Source of the DNA: Escherichia phage vB_EcoP_SP7
DNA: 39,305 nucleotides
Strand: one strand, 5' to 3'
Sequence record: MT682707.1
Positions 8,243 through 17,627 of the stretch are shown piece after piece. The notes beneath the pieces are model-generated. The model saw only the letters and a list, made by a program, of their open reading frames with translations. It ran no database searches and was not told the DNA's origin. A program made the position numbers and the translations under genes. Position 1 is the first letter of the stretch; every line of letters begins with the position of its first letter.

Positions 8243-8694
8243 TGGCCCAATGGTCTGCAAAACGGGGGCACTCTGTGGGTGCCTACCGCTCTGGACTTGA
8301 AGCCAAGAACCAGCAGTGGCTGGAACAGAACGGCGTCAAAGCGGAGTACGAAAGCCATTATATCAACTATGTGATTCCGGCTTCCGACCACAAGTACACA
8401 CCAGACTTTATCCTTCCAAACGGGATCATCGTGGAGACCAAAGGTATCTTCGATAGTGATGACCGTAAGAAGCACCTTCTGGTACGAGAACAGCACCCAG
8501 AGTTAGACATCCGGTTCGTGTTCTCAAGTTCCCGCTCCAAGCTATACAAAGGGTCTCCGACCACGTATGGCGCATGGTGCGAAAAGAACGGCTATAAGTA
8601 TGCCGATAAATTCATCCCGGTTGAGTGGCTTCGAGAGGCGACTGTACGTCTGCCTTCAGGTATACTCATCCCTAAGAAGAAAGGAGTTAAGTGA
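8242..8694 (+). CDS. Endonuclease I, Holliday-junction resolvase (gene 3)
   Basis: YRSGLE, YTPDFILPNGIIVETKG, DDRKKHLLVREQHPELDIRFVFSSSRSKLYKGSPTTYG match recalled T7 endonuclease I. Confidence 0.95.
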   Translation: MAQWSAKRGHSVGAYRSGLEAKNQQWLEQNGVKAEYESHYINYVIPASDHKYTPDFILPNGIIVETKGIFDSDDRKKHLLVREQHPELDIRFVFSSSRSKLYKGSPTTYGAWCEKNGYKYADKFIPVEWLREATVRLPSGILIPKKKGVK

Positions 8695-9185
8695 TGGGCA
8701 AGAAGTTTAAACTGTTAGAAGATAAGTGTGGCTGGTCTCGTGGGACTATCGTTACCAAGTGTGAGAATGATCCCGAACCCGATTCAGGAATGACCCTAGT
8801 TGAGTGCCAGACTCCAGGAGCATACAAACATGGGTCTAACGGCCGCAATACTCAGCCTGAGGGTATGTGGGGAGCATGGGTCCCTAATTACGAACTTGAG
8901 GAAATCAAACCAGAAGGGGAACTCACTGGAGTGCAGACCACTCAAGTCCTGCCAGCTTCTAGCGTACCACCTTTGACTGTGAAGCGTGAAGTCCTGACCA
9001 TCGACAAGATTGGTGTAGGCCAGACGTTCATCGTCCACGGCAAGCCTGACGAAGTTTACGTGAAGATTAGCAACTCACACGTCTTCAACCATAAGCGTCT
9101 CCAGATGCACACCACGGACGCACAACGCTTCACCCAGCACCTGAATCTAGTGGTCGTAGAATTGGTGGTGTACAATGGTAAGTAA
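8694..9185 (+). CDS. Hypothetical protein (163 aa) inserted between endonuclease I and lysozyme
   Basis: ATG overlaps the gene 3 stop, with AAGGAG RBS; no T7 counterpart (genes 3 and 3.5 are adjacent in T7). Confidence 0.55.
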   Translation: MGKKFKLLEDKCGWSRGTIVTKCENDPEPDSGMTLVECQTPGAYKHGSNGRNTQPEGMWGAWVPNYELEEIKPEGELTGVQTTQVLPASSVPPLTVKREVLTIDKIGVGQTFIVHGKPDEVYVKISNSHVFNHKRLQMHTTDAQRFTQHLNLVVVELVVYNGK

Positions 9186-9633
9186 GGTGCAATTCAACCA
9201 ACGGTCCCGGACTGACGCTATCTTCGTTCACTGTTCGGCTACCAAGCCAGAGATGGACATCGGGGTAGAGACCATCCGTATGTGGCACAAGCAGCAAGGC
9301 TGGCTGGACGTAGGCTACCACTTTATCATCAAGCGAGACGGTACTGTGGAAGAGGGTCGACCGGTCAATGTCGTAGGGTCACATGTTAAGGACTGGAACT
9401 CACGGTCTGTAGGCGTCTGCCTTGTAGGTGGAATCAACGCTAAGGGTCAGTTTGAAGCTAACTTCACTCCAGCCCAGATGAACTCCCTGCGCAACAAGCT
9501 GGCTGACCTGAAGTCCATGTATCCTCAGGCAGAAATCAAAGCACACCATGACGTAGCACCTAAGGCGTGTCCAAGTTTCGACTTGCAACGCTGGCTGTCT
9601 ACCAATGAACTGGTCACTTCCGACCGTGGATAA
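9175..9633 (+). CDS. Lysozyme, N-acetylmuramoyl-L-alanine amidase and RNAP inhibitor (gene 3.5)
   Basis: VQFNQRSRTDAIFVHCSATKP...WLDVGYHFIIKRDGTVEEGR...APKACPSFDL...NELVTSDRG is nearly collinear with recalled T7 lysozyme. Confidence 0.95.
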   Translation: MVSKVQFNQRSRTDAIFVHCSATKPEMDIGVETIRMWHKQQGWLDVGYHFIIKRDGTVEEGRPVNVVGSHVKDWNSRSVGVCLVGGINAKGQFEANFTPAQMNSLRNKLADLKSMYPQAEIKAHHDVAPKACPSFDLQRWLSTNELVTSDRG

Positions 9634-9733
9634 GATAGACTTTCTGCTTATCCTTCTGTTATCAGGAGCAATCACCTTCGTAGGATGGTGGTTCTTCCCT
9701 GAACACTTTGAACTCTAAAGGAGAACAACCCCA

Positions 9734-9949
9734 ATGATTAAACTTATTGAATTTCTTGGTCGTCTGGTGGTGCGTGGCTATCGTCGTGCTGCGGTTATGG
9801 AACGAAAGGTAGCAGAGAAGACCGCTGACGGTGCGGCTGATGCTGCTGCTCTAGCTGACAAGCTGACAATCCAGTCACTGGAAGCTGGCATGAAGGCTCG
9901 TCAGGCTGATACCAAAGCTGACCAGTTGGCGCATTTCTTCAAAGCCTAA
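9734..9949 (+). CDS. Hypothetical protein (71 aa), Ala-rich
   Basis: ORF with AAAGGAG RBS between lysozyme and the gene 4 promoter. Confidence 0.45.
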   Translation: MIKLIEFLGRLVVRGYRRAAVMERKVAEKTADGAADAAALADKLTIQSLEAGMKARQADTKADQLAHFFKA

Positions 9950-9967
9950 ACTATCACCTTAGGGATG
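9945..9967 (+). promoter_or_regulatory. Divergent phage-RNAP promoter-like site upstream of gene 4
   Basis: CCTAAACTATCACCTTAGGGATG; the upstream specificity region is intact, with two substitutions at -4 and -3. Confidence 0.45.
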
Positions 9968-10014
9968 GGACCGTGAGTCCTGTCCCTTTGTCCGCGTTTG
10001 TGATTAAGGAGTGA

Positions 10015-11894
<1,880 letters not shown>

Positions 11895-11898
11895 GTCT

Positions 11899-11940
11899 AG
11901 ACTCAAGGTCATTCACAGCGAGTGGCCTTTATGATTAGAC
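11899..11940 (+). promoter_or_regulatory. RNase III processing site upstream of the DNA polymerase gene
   Basis: AGACTCAAGGTCATTCACAGCGAGTGGCCTTTATGATTAGAC; same conserved element as at 4609 and 34856. Confidence 0.7.
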
Positions 11941-11957
11941 TAAACGGAGGATTAACC

Positions 11958-14129
11958 ATGTTTGACCTTAAGAGTATCTGGGGTTCTGACATCGAGACAA
12001 ACGGTCTCCTTGATACAGTCTCCCAGTTTCACTGTGGGGTACTGATTAACGCCGAGTCGAATGAGACCCTTAAGTATGGGGTAGCTCCGATGGTCGGTAT
12101 CATCGGTGGCTTCAAAGAGTATGTTCATAAAGTGGAAGAGATTGCCGCATCACCTGATGGTATGCTGGTATTCCACAACGGTATCAACTATGACGTCCCT
12201 GCTATTGACAAGCTGAAACGTCTGTACCTTGGGAAACGCTTTAACTTCCCGAAACACAAGATGATTGATACATTGGTGTTGGGACGCTTGATGTATCCCA
12301 ACATTAAGTTCTCAGACATGGGCGCGGTGAAAGCGGGTCGTCTACCACCTAAGATGATGGGACGTCAGTCTCTTGAGGCTTGGGGCTATCGTCTTGGTGA
12401 GATGAAAGGTGAGTACAAACACGATTACGTTGCCAAGTGCAAGGCTGAAGGTATCGAATATAAGGCTGGGGACGAATGGTTGTTCCCATCTCAGGAGATG
12501 CTGGACTATAACGTTCAAGACGTTGTGGTCACACTGGAGTTGTTCAAGAAGTTCCTGACTGACAAGTATTACTTCCAGTCTGAACAGTTCGCTTTCGACC
12601 AGATTTATGCGTTGCGTCTGGAACATGATGCTGCGTGGACCTGTGCGAAGATGGAACGTAATGGCTATCCAATGAACACCGAGATGGTCGAAGGCTTATA
12701 TCGTGAACTCACCGTCAAACGTGCAGAGCTGCTGGACAAGCTGCGCTCGACTTTCGGTAGCTGGTACGCACCAAAGGGAGGCAAAGAGTTCTTCAAGCAC
12801 CCCAGGACAGGCAAGGACCTTCCGAAGTATCCGCGAGTCGTGTATCCTAAAATAGGTGGCATCTTTAAGAAGCCGAAGAACAAAGCTCAACGCTTAGGTC
12901 TTGAACCTTGTGAGCGCGATACGCGAGACACGATGGAGGGAGCACCGTTCACGCCTATAACTTACGTTGAGTTTAATCCGGGAAGCGGAGACCACTTAGC
13001 GAAAGTCCTGATGGAGCGTGGATGGGAGCCTGTAGACTTCACTGACACCGGGAAACCTGTAGTCGATGACGAGACGTTAGAACACGTTAAGTTACAAGAT
13101 GAAGAGGCTCAGGCTTGCGTAGAGCTGGTCCGCGAGTATCTGGTAGTCCAGAAGCGCATCGGTCAGGCGGCTGAAGGTAAGAACGCATGGTTGAAACTTG
13201 TAGGTCCAGACGGACGTATGCACGGTTCAATCAACCCATGTGGTGCAGTAACCGGACGTGCGACCCATAGTACACCAAATATGGCTCAGGTCCCGGCTAA
13301 CGGTGCCCCATACGGTGAGACTTGCCGTGGTGCTTTCGGTGCAGCGTGGAACAAGACTAACGGTGAGCCAGACCCTTGGCTTCAGGTTGGTGTGGATGCT
13401 TCAGGTCTTGAGCTTCGCTGTCTGGGGAACAGAGCGGCTCCGTTTGACGGTGGTGAATACGCCAAGACTGTGGTCGAAGGTGACATCCACTGGGCCAACG
13501 CAGTAAACGCTGGGTTAGCACCTAACGTCCAACGCGATAAGTCTAACCACGACCATGATGCTTTCCGTAATAACGCTAAGACGTTCATCTATGCGTTCCT
13601 GTATGGTGCCGGGGCCGCGAAGATTGGACTGATAGTTGGAGGTGGTAAGAAGGAAGGTTCAGCTCTCATGAAGAAATTCATTGAGGGTACACCAGCCATA
13701 AAGGACCTCAGGGAAGCTGTGCAGAACACGCTCATCTCAGAGTCGAAGTGGGTAGATGGTGAGAACATCGTGAAGTGGAAACGTCGCTGGCTGAAAGGTC
13801 TGGATGGTCGCCGCATTCACATCCGGTCGCCACACTCAGCACTTAACGCATTACTTCAGGGCGATGGTGCGGTAGTCTGCAAGCACTGGATGGTACTTAC
13901 TGAGAAGAAACTTGAAGAGGCTGGTTACGGTAACGGATGGGACGGTGATTTTGCGCTAATGGCTTGGATTCACGATGAATTGCAGATAGCGTGTCGTACT
14001 CAGGAGATAGCAGAAGATGTCGTCCGTATTGCTCAAGAGGCGATGCGTGAGGTCGGACGCTTCTATAACTTCAAGTGTGAACTTGATACGGAGGGTAAGA
14101 TTGGACCAACGTGGAAAGAGTGTCATTGA
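11958..14129 (+). CDS. DNA polymerase (gene 5), family A
   Basis: 3'-5' exonuclease motif DIETNGL and polymerase motifs (VTGRATHS, RDKSNHDHDAFRNNAKTFIYAFLYGAG, WIHDELQ) match recalled T7 DNAP. ATG 11958 has a GGAGG RBS; the track's 11922 start overlaps the RNase III site. Confidence 0.97.
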   Translation: MFDLKSIWGSDIETNGLLDTVSQFHCGVLINAESNETLKYGVAPMVGIIGGFKEYVHKVEEIAASPDGMLVFHNGINYDVPAIDKLKRLYLGKRFNFPKHKMIDTLVLGRLMYPNIKFSDMGAVKAGRLPPKMMGRQSLEAWGYRLGEMKGEYKHDYVAKCKAEGIEYKAGDEWLFPSQEMLDYNVQDVVVTLELFKKFLTDKYYFQSEQFAFDQIYALRLEHDAAWTCAKMERNGYPMNTEMVEGLYRELTVKRAELLDKLRSTFGSWYAPKGGKEFFKHPRTGKDLPKYPRVVYPKIGGIFKKPKNKAQRLGLEPCERDTRDTMEGAPFTPITYVEFNPGSGDHLAKVLMERGWEPVDFTDTGKPVVDDETLEHVKLQDEEAQACVELVREYLVVQKRIGQAAEGKNAWLKLVGPDGRMHGSINPCGAVTGRATHSTPNMAQVPANGAPYGETCRGAFGAAWNKTNGEPDPWLQVGVDASGLELRCLGNRAAPFDGGEYAKTVVEGDIHWANAVNAGLAPNVQRDKSNHDHDAFRNNAKTFIYAFLYGAGAAKIGLIVGGGKKEGSALMKKFIEGTPAIKDLREAVQNTLISESKWVDGENIVKWKRRWLKGLDGRRIHIRSPHSALNALLQGDGAVVCKHWMVLTEKKLEEAGYGNGWDGDFALMAWIHDELQIACRTQEIAEDVVRIAQEAMREVGRFYNFKCELDTEGKIGPTWKECH

Positions 14130-14171
14130 CCCTCGAACCCAGACCCTACGCTTCCACACCATGCCTACCGG

Positions 14172-14441
14172 ATGTATCGTCTGCGTGTCCACAAGAGGAA
14201 CCAAGATGGGTACTTCCGGTACTCCATGGGAAGCTACAGGAAGGGTAACAAGTTCGCCTTCATGTTCCACCGATGGGTGTGGGAGCAGAAGCGTGGACCT
14301 ATACCAGATGGCTATGAGATAGACCATTTGTGCTTGAACCGTGGGTGCTGCAACATAGAGCACCTACAGTGTATTCCAAAGCGCGAACACGTCATTAAGA
14401 CGAACCGCGAGCGCAAACTTGTTAAGAAGGAGTGTCACTAA
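14172..14441 (+). CDS. HNH homing endonuclease
   Basis: HNH motif region GYEIDHLCLNRGCCNIEHLQCIPKREH; located immediately after gene 5, where T7 has no such gene. Confidence 0.8.
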   Translation: MYRLRVHKRNQDGYFRYSMGSYRKGNKFAFMFHRWVWEQKRGPIPDGYEIDHLCLNRGCCNIEHLQCIPKREHVIKTNRERKLVKKECH

Positions 14442-14629
14442 TGGGTCATTATGACAGCGCATACGAAGAGTTAGCTGAAGAAACACGCAGGCGTGAAGAG
14501 CTACGTCAGTCGCGGTGCGAACATCCAGATTGGGTACTTGTCTACTGCACGCAGGATGGCAAGCCCAAAGTAACTCAGTGCAGACTGTGTGGAAAGACCA
14601 ATCACATTGAATCCCAAGGAGAAATCTAA
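14441..14629 (+). CDS. Hypothetical small Cys-containing protein (62 aa), possible zinc ribbon
   Basis: AAGGAG RBS then ATG 14441; cysteines CEH...YC...CRLCGK. Confidence 0.45.
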   Translation: MGHYDSAYEELAEETRRREELRQSRCEHPDWVLVYCTQDGKPKVTQCRLCGKTNHIESQGEI

Positions 14630-14901
14630 TGGCTATTACTAAACGCCTTACCTGTAAGTTTGACATGAAGATTATCTTTACGTCTGAGGACGTGGAGTCA
14701 TACGCTCTTAATATGGTGGAGCTTACCAAGGGTTATGTCTCCGGTGAGAAACAGGATGGCATGACACGGAAGCTGGTAGAGACTGCTATAGAGCATGGGG
14801 TCGAAGCTGCCATTGAGCTGCACCTGAAGTCTATTCTGTCGTCCAATCTGAAAGACGCGCTGCAAGAGGTCTACAACATCAGCACGAGGTTCAAGCAATG
14901 A
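14629..14901 (+). CDS. gp5.5-like protein (candidate H-NS-binding host takeover factor)
   Basis: N-terminus MAITKR... and position resemble recalled T7 gp5.5; similarity is weak. Confidence 0.45.
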   Translation: MAITKRLTCKFDMKIIFTSEDVESYALNMVELTKGYVSGEKQDGMTRKLVETAIEHGVEAAIELHLKSILSSNLKDALQEVYNISTRFKQ

Positions 14902-15107
14902 GTGAATACTTACGGGTCCTTGCGGCCCTTAAGTCCTGCCCGAAGACCTTCCAGTCCAACTATGTGCGCAACAACGCTGCACTTGTGGCTGAGGCTGCGA
15001 GTCGTGGACATCTAAGCTGCCTGTCTATGGATGGGCGTAACAACGGTGCGTGGGAAATTACTGCTGCTGGCACCAAGTTCCTAAATCAACATGGAGGCTG
15101 TCTATGA
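14898..15107 (+). CDS. gp5.7-like protein (candidate host sigma-S/RNAP inhibitor)
   Basis: MSEYLRVLAALKSCPKTFQSNYVRNNAALVAEAASRGH...GAWEITAAGTKFL strongly resembles my recollection of T7 gp5.7. Confidence 0.6.
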   Translation: MSEYLRVLAALKSCPKTFQSNYVRNNAALVAEAASRGHLSCLSMDGRNNGAWEITAAGTKFLNQHGGCL

Positions 15108-15382
15108 ATCAAGACGTATCAGGACGCGAACTTAAGGTAGGACAGAAGGTTGCTTTCTGTCTGGCTGGAAAATCCTACGCAATGCGTATAGGCGAAGTCG
15201 TCCGGGTAATGCCTAAGACGGTAGCCATCAAGCATAAGACATATATTCGCTGGAAAGGAGCTGCCGAGGAAGTCGAGACGGTACGTGCATTCTCTTCAGT
15301 GTGTATCGTTGAGGAACCGAAAGCTTCATTGATGCCAGCTACGGTCGCTATGGCTACGGGAGGTCTGGACGATGGGTTCTGA
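15104..15382 (+). CDS. Hypothetical protein (92 aa), gene 5.9 position but not gp5.9-like
   Basis: GGAGG RBS then ATG 15104; no similarity to recalled T7 gp5.9. Confidence 0.45.
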   Translation: MNQDVSGRELKVGQKVAFCLAGKSYAMRIGEVVRVMPKTVAIKHKTYIRWKGAAEEVETVRAFSSVCIVEEPKASLMPATVAMATGGLDDGF

Positions 15383-16241
15383 GAAGAAGATAGCTCTGGT
15401 GTTGGATGGTGACTATCTGGTCTTCTCTTCTATGGCTGCTGCCGAGGACGAGACAGACTGGGGTGATGACATCTGGACCATTATCTGCGACCATGAGAAG
15501 GCTCGTCGTATCCTTGAGAACACCATCGCTGAAATCGTTAAGAAGCGTAAGGCGTGGAAAGACGCTAAGATTGTGATGTGCTTTACTGACGATAACAACT
15601 GGCGTAAGGATGTTCTGCCTACTTATAAGGCCAACCGTAAAGGTTCTCGCAAGCCTGTAGGTTACAAGAAGTTCGTAGCCGAGGTGATGGCTGACCCACG
15701 GTTCAACAGTTTCCTGCGTCCTACGCTTGAGGGTGATGACTGTATGGGTATCATCGGGACCCGACCTCAGATTGTAGGATGTGACCATGCGGTGCTGGTG
15801 TCCTGTGACAAGGACTTCAAGACAATCCCGAACTGTGAGTTCTTCTGGTTAACAACTGGTGAAATCCTGAGTCATACGACTGCCGAGGCAGACTACTGGC
15901 ACATGGAGCAGACCATCAAGGGTGACACTACAGATGGCTACGGTGGTATTCCGGGGATGGGTGAGGACACAACTCGTGCGTTCCTTGACGAGCCGTACTA
16001 CTTCGTGCAGGAGAGCCGTGAGCTTAAGACTGGTAAGAATAAAGGCCAGATTAAGACTGAGTGGAAGAAGTATCCGAAGCGTGAAGACATGACGCTGTGG
16101 GACTGCATGGTGACTCTGGCTGCTAAAGCTGGGATGACCGAGGAGGAACTTCTGGTCCAAGCTCAGGTAGCTCGCATTTGTCGAGCCTCCGACTATGACC
16201 CTAAGTCCAAGGAGGTCATCCTGTGGACACCATCCATGTAA
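15372..16241 (+). CDS. 5'-3' exonuclease (gene 6)
   Basis: LVLDGDYLVF, CDHEKARRILE, YKANRK..KPVGY, SCDKDFKTIPNC, TIKGDTTDGYGGIPG, KAGMTEEEL match recalled T7 gp6. Confidence 0.95.
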   Translation: MGSEKKIALVLDGDYLVFSSMAAAEDETDWGDDIWTIICDHEKARRILENTIAEIVKKRKAWKDAKIVMCFTDDNNWRKDVLPTYKANRKGSRKPVGYKKFVAEVMADPRFNSFLRPTLEGDDCMGIIGTRPQIVGCDHAVLVSCDKDFKTIPNCEFFWLTTGEILSHTTAEADYWHMEQTIKGDTTDGYGGIPGMGEDTTRAFLDEPYYFVQESRELKTGKNKGQIKTEWKKYPKREDMTLWDCMVTLAAKAGMTEEELLVQAQVARICRASDYDPKSKEVILWTPSM

Positions 16242-16367
16242 TTTACTGGGCCGGACTTCTGGCCATTTACTGCATGTACAAGTGGTTTGGGTCAAACAAC
16301 CGTCCTAAACACTGAGTCTAACCGATAGTCATATCCTATCAATCCAACAGTCATCCATAGGTGAAAC

Positions 16368-16390
16368 ACTAAACTATCACTATAGGGACT
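16368..16390 (+). promoter_or_regulatory. Phage-RNAP promoter (phi6.5 position)
   Basis: CACTAAACTATCACTATAGGGACT; +1 at 16385. Confidence 0.85.
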
Positions 16391-16451
16391 TTAGGACCTA
16401 AGATATGACTATAAGATAGACTTTAGTCTTAACTTAAAGAGGAGATTCAAG

Positions 16452-16724
16452 ATGGCGATTAATGCTATTGAAAACGTTGTTAAGCAGTTACAGGAAGAAA
16501 GACTTGATGTCCCGAACATCTCCCAGTCTGCCATCCAGTTCCTGCACGTACTGTTCAACGCAAGCTACGCTGAGAAGATGGGAGCCATTAGTCTCCTCAA
16601 GCAGCAGGGCTACAGCGATGCGTTCATTGCCGGATTCATCAAGGGTCTCCAGTATTGCTCTGACACTCTCGACTCTGCGATTGCTATGCGTCGTGAGCTG
16701 AAAGATACCGTTCAGTTTGATTAA
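16452..16724 (+). CDS. Hypothetical protein (90 aa), gene 6.5 position
   Basis: ORF with AAAGAGGAG RBS downstream of the promoter. Confidence 0.5.
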   Translation: MAINAIENVVKQLQEERLDVPNISQSAIQFLHVLFNASYAEKMGAISLLKQQGYSDAFIAGFIKGLQYCSDTLDSAIAMRRELKDTVQFD

Positions 16725-16738
16725 CTGTAGGAGGGACT

Positions 16739-16963
16739 ATGTGTTTCAGTCCAAAGATTAGCACTCCGAAGCCTTCGGTCCAAGCGCCTGAACCAGCACC
16801 TCTGAGTGAGGAAGTTGCGTCAGTTGACATCGGGGCTGAATCGGATGTGGATACCAACGAGACCAAAGGTATCAAAGACCTGAAGGTCAAGAAGGAGTCT
16901 GCACCTAAAGACAAATCGTCAGTAAGTCGCGCTATGCGTAACTCTGGCGTCAACATGGGGTAA
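16739..16963 (+). CDS. gp6.7-like virion protein
   Basis: MCFSPKISTPK...APEPAPLSEEV resembles recalled T7 gp6.7 (MCFSPKIKTPK...AVEPAPLTQEV). Confidence 0.7.
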   Translation: MCFSPKISTPKPSVQAPEPAPLSEEVASVDIGAESDVDTNETKGIKDLKVKKESAPKDKSSVSRAMRNSGVNMG

Positions 16964-16967
16964 GGCA

Positions 16968-17372
16968 ATGCTACCATATCTCAACTCACGCGAGGGTCGC
17001 CACATGTGCGCTTGTCGCCTCTGGGAAGACGGGCAGTCTAACTTCAAGTCATTCGAGGACTTCAAGGCTCATACTTACCGTATGGCTGACGAGTTCGACG
17101 GTGAAGAGTACACAATCTACGATGTCTCAGGTCAACCAGTAGCGTATCTCTACATGCTGGCTACCGCATCTTGGCACCGACCGACTCCCGGTCTTGACCT
17201 TTCAATCGTCGCTATCCGTCGTGACTCGCAGTCCTCCCGCAAGGTTCTTGAGACTGTCAGACACATCATAGACGAAGAGTGCAAGCGTTGGGGTCTTGGC
17301 TGGTATTCTCGTGTCAAGCATGTTTCCGGGTCGGTAGACATCGTAACAACTAAGGAGATTAACCGTGGGTAA
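16968..17372 (+). CDS. gp7-like protein (virion/host-range associated)
   Basis: Position and size (134 aa versus 133 aa in T7); sequence similarity not verified. Confidence 0.5.
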   Translation: MLPYLNSREGRHMCACRLWEDGQSNFKSFEDFKAHTYRMADEFDGEEYTIYDVSGQPVAYLYMLATASWHRPTPGLDLSIVAIRRDSQSSRKVLETVRHIIDEECKRWGLGWYSRVKHVSGSVDIVTTKEINRG

Positions 17373-17616
17373 ATCAATCAGTAAGGCTTTCAAGAAAGTG
17401 GTTAAAAGTACGTTAGGGACCGTTGGTCTTGGCTCTGACGATGCGCCTAAGGTTGTTGAGGCTCCAACCCCAGCAGCAGCGCCAGTGGAAGTCCCGAACG
17501 ACAAAGTGGAAGATGTGGATACTGAAGTGACCGCATCCGACGAGAAGAAAGTTAAGCGTTCCGGTAAGCGTAGCCTTCAGGTCTCTCGCACCTCTGGTGG
17601 CGGTATTTCTATTTAA
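17365..17616 (+). CDS. gp7.3-like tail/virion protein
   Basis: Lys-rich N-terminus and C-terminal KRSLQVSRTSGGGISI match recalled T7 gp7.3 (KKSLSVARSSGGGINI). Confidence 0.75.
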   Translation: MGKSISKAFKKVVKSTLGTVGLGSDDAPKVVEAPTPAAAPVEVPNDKVEDVDTEVTASDEKKVKRSGKRSLQVSRTSGGGISI

Positions 17617-17627
17617 GGAGGTGACGA

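Noticed and set aside
8085-8300. 71-aa + strand ORF overlapping the acidic tail of the SSB gene in another frame
   Set aside because: Repetitive GGT/GAT-rich sequence gives a chance open frame; no RBS; overlaps two strongly supported genes.
11922-11957. Track start of the DNA polymerase ORF at 11922
   Set aside because: The upstream extension overlaps the RNase III site; the ATG at 11958 has a GGAGG RBS and aligns with the recalled T7 DNAP N-terminus.
15354-15788. 144-aa minus-strand ORF overlapping the exonuclease gene
   Set aside because: Antisense to the gene 6 homolog; no supporting signals.
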